Numbered from the stretch's first letter, positions 12,246 to 23,976 are shown. The stretch is 64,000 bases of DNA from Octopus sinensis (GCF_006345805.1 NC_043004.1:84072001-84136000); one strand, 5' to 3'. The notes: generated by a model from the letters alone, not told the origin. A program made the numbers and translations.

Positions 12246-13448
12246 TAACAGAAATATGCAAATATAAGAAAGCAAGTACCTATTAATGTACATATTTCAA
12301 CATTGTGTCTTGAAAATTAATTCAACTGAAAATACATAACTAATTTCTTTATTAATAAATATCATAAAATAGAATAAGTAGTGTAAAAAAATCACTCTTT
12401 CAATCATATAGCTGACATCAACTCTACTATCAGCAACAACAGAACAAGAAGCAACTCTTTAAATATTTTACCTCGTAGCTGAAGTGAACAATAAGAATTT
12501 TCAATAAAATTAGTTTTGAATATAAGATCTCTCTTTCTCTCTCTCTCTCTAAAAAAAAAAATAACTGGAACGAAAATTAACGAATTTAGAAGAGAATATT
12601 ATGTATATATATATATATATACACATACGAGTGAGTGCGTGTGTATGTGTGGAGTGGGGTGTGTGTATATGTGTGTATGTATGTGTGCGCGTGTGTGTTA
12701 TATTTTGTAAAGAATGGTACCATATGTATTTGGGTATCCCGAGAAAACATATTTGGTGGGCCTGGTATGAATAGTCGTGACACCTTGTTTGCAATTTTTT
12801 GGTATATGCATCTATCTACTTACCTCCTTACCTACCTACACACCCACCTACATACTTCTCTACTTACCTATCTCTCAATCCTTTTATCCATCGATGCAAC
12901 TATCTATAATATATATATATATATCTCATATATGTTTATATACATATATGTGTATGTGTATGGTTATTTACCTAAGGTGTATATATGAATGTGAATACCT
13001 CAGTTTACGTATCTGTGTTTCCATGATAGAAAATGTATGTATATTCTGGTTTGTATATCACTGTATATATGTTTCCAATTGTATTTATTAATATGTTCAT
13101 TGTTGTCTGACAATGCGCGTGCATGGGCATGTGTACCACAAAGAGAGGCAAACGCAGAGAGACAAATATAGAGTGTGTAAGGAACTGATTAAGGAAACGA
13201 CAACAAAGGAAGGAGGAAGTAGGAAAATGGCTTGAAAAATGAAAGCAAATATTCATGAGAAATTCCGGAGACAAGACAAGTAACGTGGAAAGAATATGGC
13301 GGAACTGAAAATACAAATACATAATTGCTTTCCTTTCAAAGCAAATGAACATTTTATATTAGCTTTTTTATAAGATTACGGAAGTCAATCTAAACCTATT
13401 CAGATGGAACAGAAAACAAGCAAAATATCCAGCATAATAGATAATGGG

Positions 13449-13480
<32 letters not shown>

Positions 13481-13790
13481 CATTATCATTGTTGTTGTTG
13501 TTGTCTGTTATTATTATTATTATTATCATTATTATCAATATTATTTTTATTATTTTTATTATATATACACACGCATACATCACATATACATATAATATAT
13601 ATAATATAAATTATCTGTCTATGTACCCATCTATCTATCTATCTATCTATGTACCCATCTATATGTTTACCTATCAATCTAGTTATATAAATATATATAT
13701 GTATGTATATAATGTATATATATATATATATATATATAATTATATATATATGTATGTATGTATGTATGTATTTATATATATAGATCTATA
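13449..13790. repeat. (ATT)n, (TCTA)n, (TA)n compound microsatellite
   Basis: Directly visible. Confidence 0.93.
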
Positions 13791-14891
13791 GAAGCACTCT
13801 GCCACAACTTTCTATTTCATTCTATGAATGAAAATTTTGCATTAGTGAAATGTCTTCCTCTTAATTTTCATACACTTACGTGTTTCGTGGGAGGATTATA
13901 CTGAAAATATGTATTGTTAGTTGCGATGTTAAACTGTGCAATTGTGATTGTTTTTAATATCACCGAGATTTCAGGAGAAAACAATTTTTTCATCAGAATA
14001 ACGGTTTCGAAATCTGGTCATACATATGCACAAATTATTTAGGCAGCCTAGTGAGCAAAATCATTTTTGCATCAAATTCTGTTCACTTCTTGTATTTGAT
14101 AGAAACACAAAACTTTAATTTCTCACGATAATGTTTTCAACTGAAAATTACCGTAATATTTTGCCTGGAGTCTTGAATTTCTGTACGATTTGTAGTATCT
14201 TGACAGCTGCAGAGACTGAAAAAGGATTAAGGCTTCGCGATCAAAACCATTAGTTATGTGTTGATATGTACAGGGAAAAAATAGCAACCGCAAATGAATT
14301 TTCACCACAAGAATAGCTTTACAAATAGATTAATGTCCGATCCTAAGTAGGCAGTAGGAATGATTGCGATGTTCAGTTTATAAGTTAACAGATAGTCTAA
14401 GAAAAGAGGGAGCAATTGTGTCTCTGAAAGGTAAAACAATTTCAGCTGGTGTCTTCAACAAAACCGAATGGTGTAATGCGCTAGTTCGGAAAATGCATTG
14501 CTGTGATTCTCAATGATACTCAGTTATGCCACACCATTCCCGATGTGATCTGTGGTATTTCCGTCATTATAATAACAACAGTATTGCAAAGTCGGTTTTA
14601 ATTTTAGATATTTAGGTTCTGTGAGAAAAATACTGTATATTCTAATCCAGAACGGAACGTCAAATATATTGTATTCCTAATGTAGGATCGCTGTGTGAAA
14701 TTATAAGTGGTTTGACTCTTTAGATTTTGCGTAAGATGATCAAGTTTAAAGTAATGTTCTTCGATGTTGTTTCCCTAAGTTGAAGCAATAATATATTTAT
14801 AACATCAATGCATACATACACACATACACACACACACATACATACATATATATATATATAAATACATATATATGGCTATGCATATATATAT

Positions 14892-14936
<45 letters not shown>

Positions 14937-15144
14937 ATAGTAATAATAAATATATATACATATATATATATGCATATTTGGATACAGGACGTCACCAAAT
15001 GTGGAAACGACATGACATACGTAGACAAACGAGTTAAATACGTAAACAACAAGAGAAAAATGGAAAACAGGAATGTGAACATATAGAAAAGACTATGTAG
15101 CAGTTGTGGCTGCCTATCTACTCCTCATTTCGAACATTATACAT

Positions 15145-15292
15145 ATGTGTATGTATGTATGTATTTATGTATGTATGTATATATTTATGTATGTATGTAT
15201 GTATGTATTTATGTATGTATGTATGCATGTATGTATGTATGTATGTATGTATGTTTGTATGTATGTATGCATGCATGTATGTATGTATGTAT
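15145..15292. repeat. (TGTA)n microsatellite
   Basis: Directly visible. Confidence 0.95.
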
Positions 15293-15319
15293 CTACATAC
15301 ACTCACTCACACACATAGG

Positions 15320-15520
15320 GTTTCAGGACGCTAAAACTGTCAAACAACATCAACGATTTGTGAGATATAAATGAGGAGCCCTTCAGAAAGCATCTGGGCA
15401 AATATCATGTTGAAATCCCACGTGAATCCACAACGGTGTGGACAGGATAAAGAAAAGCGGCGAGTGTTTCCGCCCTACTGGCTTCCTCATCAAAAACGTT
15501 AAAGAGAGGATATCAAATCG
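15320..15520 (+). mobile_element. Decayed 3' end of a CR1/L2-group LINE ORF2
   Basis: Plus-strand PFRKHLGKYHVEIPRES parallels FKRSLDRFLQGIPDKP near the end of the 17433-18752 ORF. Confidence 0.45.
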
Positions 15521-15631
15521 TTGAATGACGGTGCACCAGAATCCCCCCAACTTTTGGCTGTACATACATATGTATATATGCATATTATATATTATATATT
15601 ATATATATATACATATATATATGTATGTATA

Positions 15632-15678
<47 letters not shown>

Positions 15679-15718
15679 TATATATGTATGTATATAATAT
15701 GTATATATATATATATAT

Positions 15719-15750
<32 letters not shown>

Positions 15751-15770
15751 ATATATATTACATATATATT

Positions 15771-16428
15771 ATGTCAGGTCACTTTTGGTTACTACTGGTA
15801 GCATGTAACCCAGTACAAGCCTGTTGCATGGTCGGGCCGTCGGCGACTAAACGGGCAACCCCACCAAGCTTGCTTGGTGAGAAGGGTGTTTATTGGACAC
15901 CCTGCGGGATGAATAACAAAACCCGTCAAAGGGCGGAGGAACTCTTGAGAGACAAGGCCCATCCAATAAATGTTTTTTTTCTCTCTCTCTTAGACCTCAA
16001 GGCTGTATCATGCGCGGGGACATAGAAATAATAGGACTGAATACCCGATCGAGCGGTTAAACCATTGGCAGTGAAGGAGTCCTAGCCTTTCTTAGGGCAT
16101 CCTTCTAGGAGAAGGTAAGTCAGGTAACTGGAATAACTCCGACATAAAACGTGCGGCTCAGTGGTTACCTATGATATTGACCTATTCTTCTTTATGGCTA
16201 CTGTTGCTTAGTGAGTGGGATTGACTCAGTGTGCAGCCTTTCCTCGCTTAAAAAATTCTTCTTGCACAGGCATTGCACGATAACAATGATTGTTGATAGT
16301 GCTGTGAGTCTCAACTGAATGGTTGGCTGTAGCCTTTAAAAGCAAATAGAAGTCACATTCGATCACAGCACCAATACAGTGAAGCTTCGTGCAATGGCCA
16401 TACTCGATAAAGAGGTGGTAGCCATCAT
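15771..16428 (+). mobile_element. GC-richer segment resembling an RTE-clade LINE 5' UTR
   Basis: gggcatccttctaggagaaggtaa resembles the RTE 5' UTR motif; 5' part resembles the 3' half of an HDV-like ribozyme; bounded by (TA)n. Confidence 0.45.
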
Positions 16429-16453
16429 TATATATATATATATATATATATAT

Positions 16454-16485
<32 letters not shown>

Positions 16486-16493
<8 letters not shown>

Positions 16494-16710
16494 TTAGAGA
16501 TAAAACCACTATTAGGCAAATCATACAATGAAAAAATTAAGCCAATACGTAAGATTACTTAATTTATATTATTGAAATATATAACAAAATCAATAAAGAA
16601 ATATAATTAATATAACACTACGATCGTTTCATGGCTGTTAATTTCTTTAAATTTTCGAGTTACAGTCATTCATCAGGTGGTTTTAATATTTAACTTGGCG
16701 AGGTTTAATC
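16486..16710 (-). mobile_element. PLE-like 3' end (pseudo-LTR fragment) abutting (TA)n
   Basis: Contains a canonical minimal hammerhead; pieces recur in the opposite orientation at 16823-16872 and 17169-17205. Confidence 0.7.
16616..16679 (-). ncRNA. Minimal type I hammerhead ribozyme motif
   Basis: Minus strand: cac-CTGATGA-atgactgt...acagccat-GAAACGATCGTA-gtg; palindromic helix III ACGATCGT. Confidence 0.8.
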
Positions 16711-16869
16711 AATGAACTGTGATCGAATGTGACTTCTATTTGCTTTTAAAGGCCAGACATTCAGTTGAGACTCACAGCACTATCAACAATCATTGTTATC
16801 GTGCAATGCCTGTGCAAGAAGAATTTAAATAATATAAATTAAATAATCTTATGTATTGGCTGAAGTTTT

Positions 16870-17008
16870 TCACTACTTGAATGGACCATAAGCAAAACTT
16901 GACTTAAACAGGATGATTCAAATAATCCTATCAGGTGGTGCTATTAAGTTAAACATGGCCTGGACCAATCATTGGTCGAAACACATCTAAGTTTATCTAA
17001 GTTTATAT

Positions 17009-17075
<67 letters not shown>

Positions 17076-17289
17076 AATATTAGGGAATAAATCCAAACTT
17101 ACAGGGAAAAATCAGATTTAGGATTGAATCCAATTTTATAGTAAAATATTATATTATATTAAATTAGAGATTTGCCTAATAGTGGTTTTATCTCTAATTT
17201 AATATAATATAATATTTTACTATAAAATTGGATTCAATCCTAAATCTGATTTTTCCCTGTAAGTTTGGATTTATTCCCTAATATTTATT

Positions 17290-17335
<46 letters not shown>

Positions 17336-17465
17336 TAGATAAACTTAGATGTGTTTCGACCAATGGTTGGTCCAGGCCATGTTTAACTTAATAGCACCAC
17401 CTGATAGGATTATTTGAATCATCCTGTTTAAGTCAAGTTTTGCTTATGGTCCATTCAAGTAGTGA
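16870..17465. repeat. ~596-bp near-perfect palindrome
   Basis: 16870-17004 = revcomp of 17331-17465 (1 mismatch seen); 17071-17170 = exact revcomp of 17191-17290; TA tracts between; ~18-20 nt central spacer. Confidence 0.95.
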
Positions 17466-18930
17466 GTTTTTGTTGGGTGAGTTGTATCCAATTATGGGTG
17501 GCTTATCTGGTATTCCTTGAAGGAATCTATCCAGACTTCGTTTAAAGTTGATGGGATCCTGTTCCTCTTTGATCTCTTTTGGGACAATGTTAAATAGGGC
17601 AGGGCTTGTTGAAGAAAAGAAATTATGTTGTAGTGTATATGTATACTGTGATCTTGAATTGGGCAGGGGACGTATGGCCCGTGGTCCCAGTCTTGGATGA
17701 ACCTTGAAGCTTATGTTCAGGTCGTTTGGGCAAAGTTGGCGGTATATTTTCCACATCGTACAAATGATGTACCGCTCACGGCGACGCTGGAGAGAGTAGA
17801 GTTTCAAGGCTTTAAGGCGATCCCAATAATCGAGAGCAGCCATGCCTTCAATTCGTTTAGTGAGTGCTCTCTGGGGTGATTGAATCCTCGAGATGTTTTG
17901 TATTGTATGGGGAGACCACAGTGGGCAGCAGTATTCGAGGTGTGGCCGTACAAAGGAGAAGAGTGGTATGATGACACCTTGTTCTCTGGACCGGAAAGTT
18001 CTTAAGATCCAGGAACTCATCCTACGAGCTATATCGACCTTCTTGTTGATGTGTGCTCTCCAACTGAGATCGTCATCAACAATTACACCTAGGTCTCTGA
18101 TGGTGTTAGCGGCTGTGAGCGGTTCCCCCGAAGGAAGAGAGTATGGCTGTTTTAGTGAGTAATTTCTTCCAAAATGCATCAGCTCAAATTTTCCCTCGTT
18201 CAGTTGCATTTTGTTTCTGTCTGCCCATTGACTCACAGCATATAGATCAGACTGGAGTTGAGTTCGGTCTGCTTCTTCATTGACGATTTGCTGGAGCTTG
18301 GTGTCATCAGCAAATATTTTCACTTTGCAGTAATGTACGACACTGGAAAGGTCGTTTATGTAGATTATGAAGAGTAGCAGACCCAAGACAGTCCCCTGGG
18401 GGACACCGCTGGTGACTTTTGCTGGGCTTGATTGGACTCCATCAACTACAACATGTTGTGTTCTATTTTCCAGGAAATACTTGATACAGTGTAGAACTTT
18501 TCCATGGATTCCAAGATTTGTCAATTTTGAGAGTAGGATATTATGGTCTACCCTGTCGAACGCTTTACTGAAGTCAAGATATATGACATCAGAGTTCGAA
18601 CCTGTTCCCAAGGCTTTGAGTACATCTTCAATGTGGTGTAAGAGCTGTGTTAGACAGTCCCTGCCACAGCGAAAGCCATGCTGATTTGCATTTAGCAGTT
18701 TCTGGGTCTCCAGGAAGTCAGCCACCCTTGATCTTAACACTCTTTCAAACACTTTGATGATGTGGGAGGTGTGTGAAATTGGGCGATAGTTGAGTGCGAG
18801 GGATCTGTTTCCGTGTTTGAAAACCGGGATGACTGACTGGGATAGAAACTGTTTCGGTATATAACCTGCATCTAACGAATTTCTCCAGAGGTTGGTCAGA
18901 GGGACTGCAAGTCGGTTCGATTTTACACAT
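17331..18930 (-). mobile_element. 5'-truncated CR1/L2-group LINE with intact 3' end
   Basis: RT ORF; 3' UTR stem-loop gaccaa-cca-ttggtc and (ATCTAAGTTT)2 tail; frame stays open upstream through LAVPLTNLW...NYRPIS. Confidence 0.92.
17433..18752 (-). CDS. Non-LTR retrotransposon reverse transcriptase, C-terminal part of ORF2 (no endonuclease; the annotated start is not the true start)
   Basis: QHGFR, YLDFSKAFDRVDH, SGVPQGTVLG, IFADDTK, RDLGV, VRPHLEY, YSLQRRRER motifs. Confidence 0.93.
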   Translation of the reverse strand: MFERVLRSRVADFLETQKLLNANQHGFRCGRDCLTQLLHHIEDVLKALGTGSNSDVIYLDFSKAFDRVDHNILLSKLTNLGIHGKVLHCIKYFLENRTQHVVVDGVQSSPAKVTSGVPQGTVLGLLLFIIYINDLSSVVHYCKVKIFADDTKLQQIVNEEADRTQLQSDLYAVSQWADRNKMQLNEGKFELMHFGRNYSLKQPYSLPSGEPLTAANTIRDLGVIVDDDLSWRAHINKKVDIARRMSSWILRTFRSREQGVIIPLFSFVRPHLEYCCPLWSPHTIQNISRIQSPQRALTKRIEGMAALDYWDRLKALKLYSLQRRRERYIICTMWKIYRQLCPNDLNISFKVHPRLGPRAIRPLPNSRSQYTYTLQHNFFSSTSPALFNIVPKEIKEEQDPINFKRSLDRFLQGIPDKPPIIGYNSPNKNSLLEWTISKT

Positions 18931-19195
18931 AAGGTATTGGAATGTTACATATATACCATTCTGTCTAAAAAATGGATCTAGAAATTCAGTATCCCTACAT
19001 ATCCCACATCTATTTTCTTTCCTCCACCTCACTCTCTATTTTGCATCCTATCTAAATTAACTATAATTTAACCATCCTCTGACACCATCTCCGATGAAGG
19101 GATATAATTAATGAATATCCTGGAAACACCTGTAAGACATTCTATCTATAAATGCTCTAATATTTACACACCCTTGTTTTTTATATCATTACGTA
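18931..19195 (+). mobile_element. PLE-like 3' end abutting (TA)n
   Basis: Pyrimidine-rich tract, hammerhead-like motif at 19088-19137, then (TA)n. Confidence 0.55.
19088..19137 (+). ncRNA. Hammerhead-like motif, C4 core variant (degenerate)
   Basis: tct-CCGATGA-agggatat...atatcctg-GAAACACCTGTA-aga. Confidence 0.55.
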
Positions 19196-19267
<72 letters not shown>

Positions 19268-19277
19268 TATATTATAA

Positions 19278-19432
19278 AGGAGTGGCAGTGTGTTAAGAAA
19301 ACTGTTTCCCAACCAGATGATTTTGGTTTCAGTCTCAATGCGTGGTAACTTGGGCAAGAGACCTGTACTATTGTCTCGGGCCTACCAAACCCTTGTGAGG
19401 GGATTCGTTAGAAGGAAACTGAAAGAAGTCAA
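19278..19432 (+). mobile_element. 5' half of the CORE-like SINE
   Basis: Aligns with 32888-33042. Confidence 0.75.
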
Positions 19433-20149
19433 AAATGTGTGTATTATATACAGTGATGCTTTGAAAACTGACATGCTTTTAAACATGCGTAGAAGAAAAT
19501 TGTACAACAGACGGCTTAATGGTAAAATGATAAAACGAATGCTATGCCCATCGTTGTAAGTGCCAGCGATAGGATATCATGGTGTCAATAGCAAGACCTA
19601 TTCGAATTTCCTCTAACAAGATAATGTTTTTCCATAGCATAATATCTCTCTAGTTAAAACGCCATATTTCAATCATAATTTTGACATGGTGCAATGCATT
19701 TTGTGAATAGTTTTGGCGGTTTGACTTCAATAATTTGTATCTATTTTCGATTGCGTCCTAGAACCATTGTATGGATGCATATCATCGCTATTATCTACGA
19801 CTCTAGTTATATTCTTTCTGCTAAACGTTATCCTCATTCGTCTTGATACATAATACATCTTTGGTGTTCTCGTACATTTATTAATAGTATTTCGTGTGGA
19901 ATACATCTGTCTTTGGATTATTCTTCTACGAATGCCGGCGGTATTATATACATTTCATTTGAAATATTTTGCAAACATAATTGAAATTTTCAGAAATGTA
20001 TCAACAGAACATATAACTCCACGAGAGCGAGTTCAGCTTTGATGAGGAGTACATATCTATTACCTATTCTTCATTACGACTGAATTTATTTCTAATGACA
20101 GACCTTCGTGTATTGCAATAGATTGTTTCTCTAAAATAAAATTTTAATT

Positions 20150-20320
20150 TCAAATTTCGGCAGAAGGGCAGTAATTTCATGCGAGGGGATAAATCGATTA
20201 CATTGACGTTAGTGTTCAATTGGTATTTATTTTATCGACGCCGAAATGATGCAAGGCAAAGGCGACCCTAGCAGAATTGAACTGGACGCGGTAACGATTC
20301 TGCCAGCGCGCCGCCTTCAG
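20150..20320 (-). mobile_element. Internally deleted Deu/Nin-like SINE
   Basis: Homology to 1810-2437. Confidence 0.65.
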
Positions 20321-20859
20321 GTCTTCTATTTAATTAAAACGTTTTCATTACCCATACTACAAAAACTCTATTTGACGTTATTACAATCGTGTTACTGAAT
20401 TAAAATATTAGATATTTATCAAAGTTGAATATGTGACAAACATACTGAGAGAATTACCATGAAATTTTTTTTTTCCTTTTCGATTCTTCATTATCTTTGA
20501 ATTAGAAAATTCATACATCATTTAATATAGTTTTATTCTTTTCAATTATCAAAGTGATATATATAATTAAGGCAATATGATTTGAGCGTGTGGAATATTT
20601 ACCTTCGAAATATAAACATACCAACAGAGAATTAAAGGACCAGGAAGTGACATGATAACAGTGAAAACAACCTAAAATTTCAGATTTACTAAGTCAATTG
20701 ACTTAATATATTGTGCTTACAAACGGAGATTGTGTACATGAAATGACAGTTAAAATTAATTTCAATAAAATCATGAAATACATTTCTCTATAGCCACATC
20801 ACAGAGTAAGGAAAATTATTTGCGCGTCTACGTGTCGTTTGTGTGCATATGTATGTTCG

Positions 20860-20960
20860 TTTGTATATATGTATATACACTCATGGACATATATGCAAGT
20901 ATGTTTATATTTATATTTATATATGTATTTATATACGCAAAATATATATATTATATATAT

Positions 20961-20992
<32 letters not shown>

Positions 20993-21103
20993 GTATATAT
21001 GTATTTATATGTATTTTATAACGCATATATATATATATATATATATTGTATTTATATATGTATTTATATATATGTTTTAATGTTTTTATAAATATGTATT
21101 TAT

Positions 21104-21145
<42 letters not shown>

Positions 21146-21205
21146 ATATATGTGTGTATATATATATGCATATAAATATATATACATATATATAAATATA
21201 TATGC

Positions 21206-21247
<42 letters not shown>

Positions 21248-21385
21248 AGTAGACATATATGCTATCGCATGTGGATATTTATGCATGAATATATATTGTT
21301 GTGTGCGCATATATGTAGGTATGTATATTTATATATATTTGTTTATGCGTATTTATGATTAAATATAAATTTTATATATTCTTTT

Positions 21386-21429
<44 letters not shown>

Positions 21430-21470
21430 TGCGCGTGAAAGTGTGTGTATGCATGTGTATGTGTGTGTGT
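20860..21470. repeat. (TA)n-rich compound microsatellite
   Basis: Directly visible. Confidence 0.93.
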
Positions 21471-22779
21471 GATTGGCGTGCCTTTATTCGTGTGAAAAAT
21501 TCTATAAAAGTGACAAGTGATAATGCGTCAACCGTGTATCCTGTGAAATATTTTGATTGCATTAATGACCCTTAATGAACTGCTGACACTTTCGGCCACA
21601 CACTCATTCACCAATACCATTAACATATATGAAATCCTTTAAACTTTTTCTGTTGACATTTTAGCCATCCGCAATACATAAAGTAAATTTATCAACAACA
21701 AACTTGAATCGATGTATCGAAGCATCGATGCAATCAACTGAACTCGTCACTCACTTCCTTAATTCAACGTTATATTGAGTATTATGATTTCAATTTGTTG
21801 ATAAAGCAATCGGGAATGCAGCGATTAGTTTTCAATCATCTACAACTTTGGTTAAATCGAACTCTTGTAAAATAATAGAGAAAATAACTAAAATAAATAA
21901 TGATTGAATAACTTCGTTGAAACATTTTGTATTTTTTTTGTTATATTTATGTTTATGTTGTACATTATCGTTTTTACTAATTCTCTCTAAGTTTACTTCT
22001 CACACAGAGATATTTTATTTAAATATTTTGTTTATTTTTGGTAGATTTTTATATTTTGATTTATGGTGTTTTTCATTCAATCTAACATACAATTAATGAG
22101 ATCAGTTTCCTAAATTTTAGTTTATATTTTTTACTTTATTCCACTTATTGTGCATTATTTTATATTTTATTTTTTCTCTTGTGAGGAGAAACATTTTGTT
22201 ATTTGGACATAGAAATCTGACAGTAGTCTTCAATGTTTTATCAAATTATTTAACTTTGACGCCATCATCATCAGCTTTTACATTGCTTGTAACACACTCT
22301 CACCTTTCTTTTATCTCGTTTATACGTTCATATCTCAATATTTTATATCTACCTGTACATGAATCGTGCTATATATCTTTTACTTATTGTATATCAAATT
22401 TTCTGTATAAGAATACATTATACGAGTTATACGAGTTATAAGAGCTATAACAATACACTATACGAGCTATCAAGCAGATACGTAAATACCCACGCACTCA
22501 TTCATTTATCCAGATATAAATTACACGTACAGAGCCAATAATTTCTTTGTATTCCAATTTCAACCTACTCCTTTTATTATATACGCATTTTCGCATGCCT
22601 GTATATGCAATGCGAATATAATATCGCTATATATAAATGGGCATTAGTTTACGGGTCAGATAGAGAGGTTCCGAAAACTTATATTGTGCGGTTGTTAGGA
22701 CAAGAGTCATTGGTTCCAGCTTCGATCGACCTTTGATATTTAACGCTTTTGTTTGACACAGGCAATACAGAAGATTGAC

Positions 22780-22845
<66 letters not shown>

Positions 22846-22862
22846 ATGTCTGTCTGTCTGTC

Positions 22863-22907
<45 letters not shown>

Positions 22908-23012
22908 GTCTCTCTATCTATCTATCTATCTATATCTATCTATCTATCATCTATCTATCTATCTATCATCTATCTATCTATCTATCATCTATCTATCTAT
23001 CTATCTATCTAT

Positions 23013-23066
<54 letters not shown>
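22780..23066. repeat. (TCTA)n followed by (TA)n
   Basis: Directly visible. Confidence 0.97.
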
Positions 23067-23069
<3 letters not shown>

Positions 23070-23685
23070 CCCACTCAGTAGAGCTGACACCGAAACATAA
23101 CAGCTTGTACCGAATATGCCCGTGCGTGTATAAGAAAGTCTCATAATATTATTCTTATCACATAACATATGCATGCAACATTATATAGCTATCAAACGTA
23201 ATGCGTTATAATTGACAGTTACAGGAGAGATTCTGAGATATATACGTGTTAGAAGATTCAAGATTTGGTTCAATTTATGGAAATGCTCTTGTGTGCATGC
23301 GCGCGTATTTCAATAAGCACTCACACACACACACACACATGTTTGATATATGTGTTTCTCTCGCTACTCCCTCCCTCACTCTCTCATTATATATATTATA
23401 TATATATATATATATATAAATAATGTATAAATATATAGATATATACATACATATATGTACATACCTACATATATATGTATATATACATGCGCATATGTGT
23501 ACAGGACATGAAAAGAAAGTTGAGCACAAGAAGAAACGAAAATATAAAACAAAAACATAGAAACGAACCTTTTTTCGAACAACAAAAAATAAATGACAGA
23601 GACATTGCAGAAAGAATATACCCTTTCATCAGCTGTCCCTGATTAATCTACTCCTCGTTCGAAGGCAAGGATATGCCTATACACA

Positions 23686-23736
<51 letters not shown>

Positions 23737-23739
<3 letters not shown>

Positions 23740-23873
23740 GGTCCCGGGTTGATTCGGGGTTAACCACAGTAAATAAGGTACTCAATACATAGTAGAGTAA
23801 AATTAATTATTATATAGAAGGAGCTTTCTCTTGAATGAAACAGTTCTAGTCCTGTAGAAGCTCCTTCTATATA
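23737..23873. mobile_element. Head-to-head pair of PLE-like 3' ends inside (TA)n; same family as 991-1052
   Basis: 23825-23873 identical to 1004-1052 (49 bp); 23811-23826 is the reverse complement of 23858-23873. Confidence 0.8.
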
Positions 23874-23877
23874 TATA

Positions 23878-23976
<99 letters not shown>

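Noticed and set aside
14400-14545. Possible hAT dimerisation-domain scrap (AFSELAHYTIRF...YLSE) on the minus strand
   Set aside because: Too weak to support
17697-18684. Plus-strand ORFs opposite the RT (also 25604-26345)
   Set aside because: Antisense shadows of LINE coding sequence
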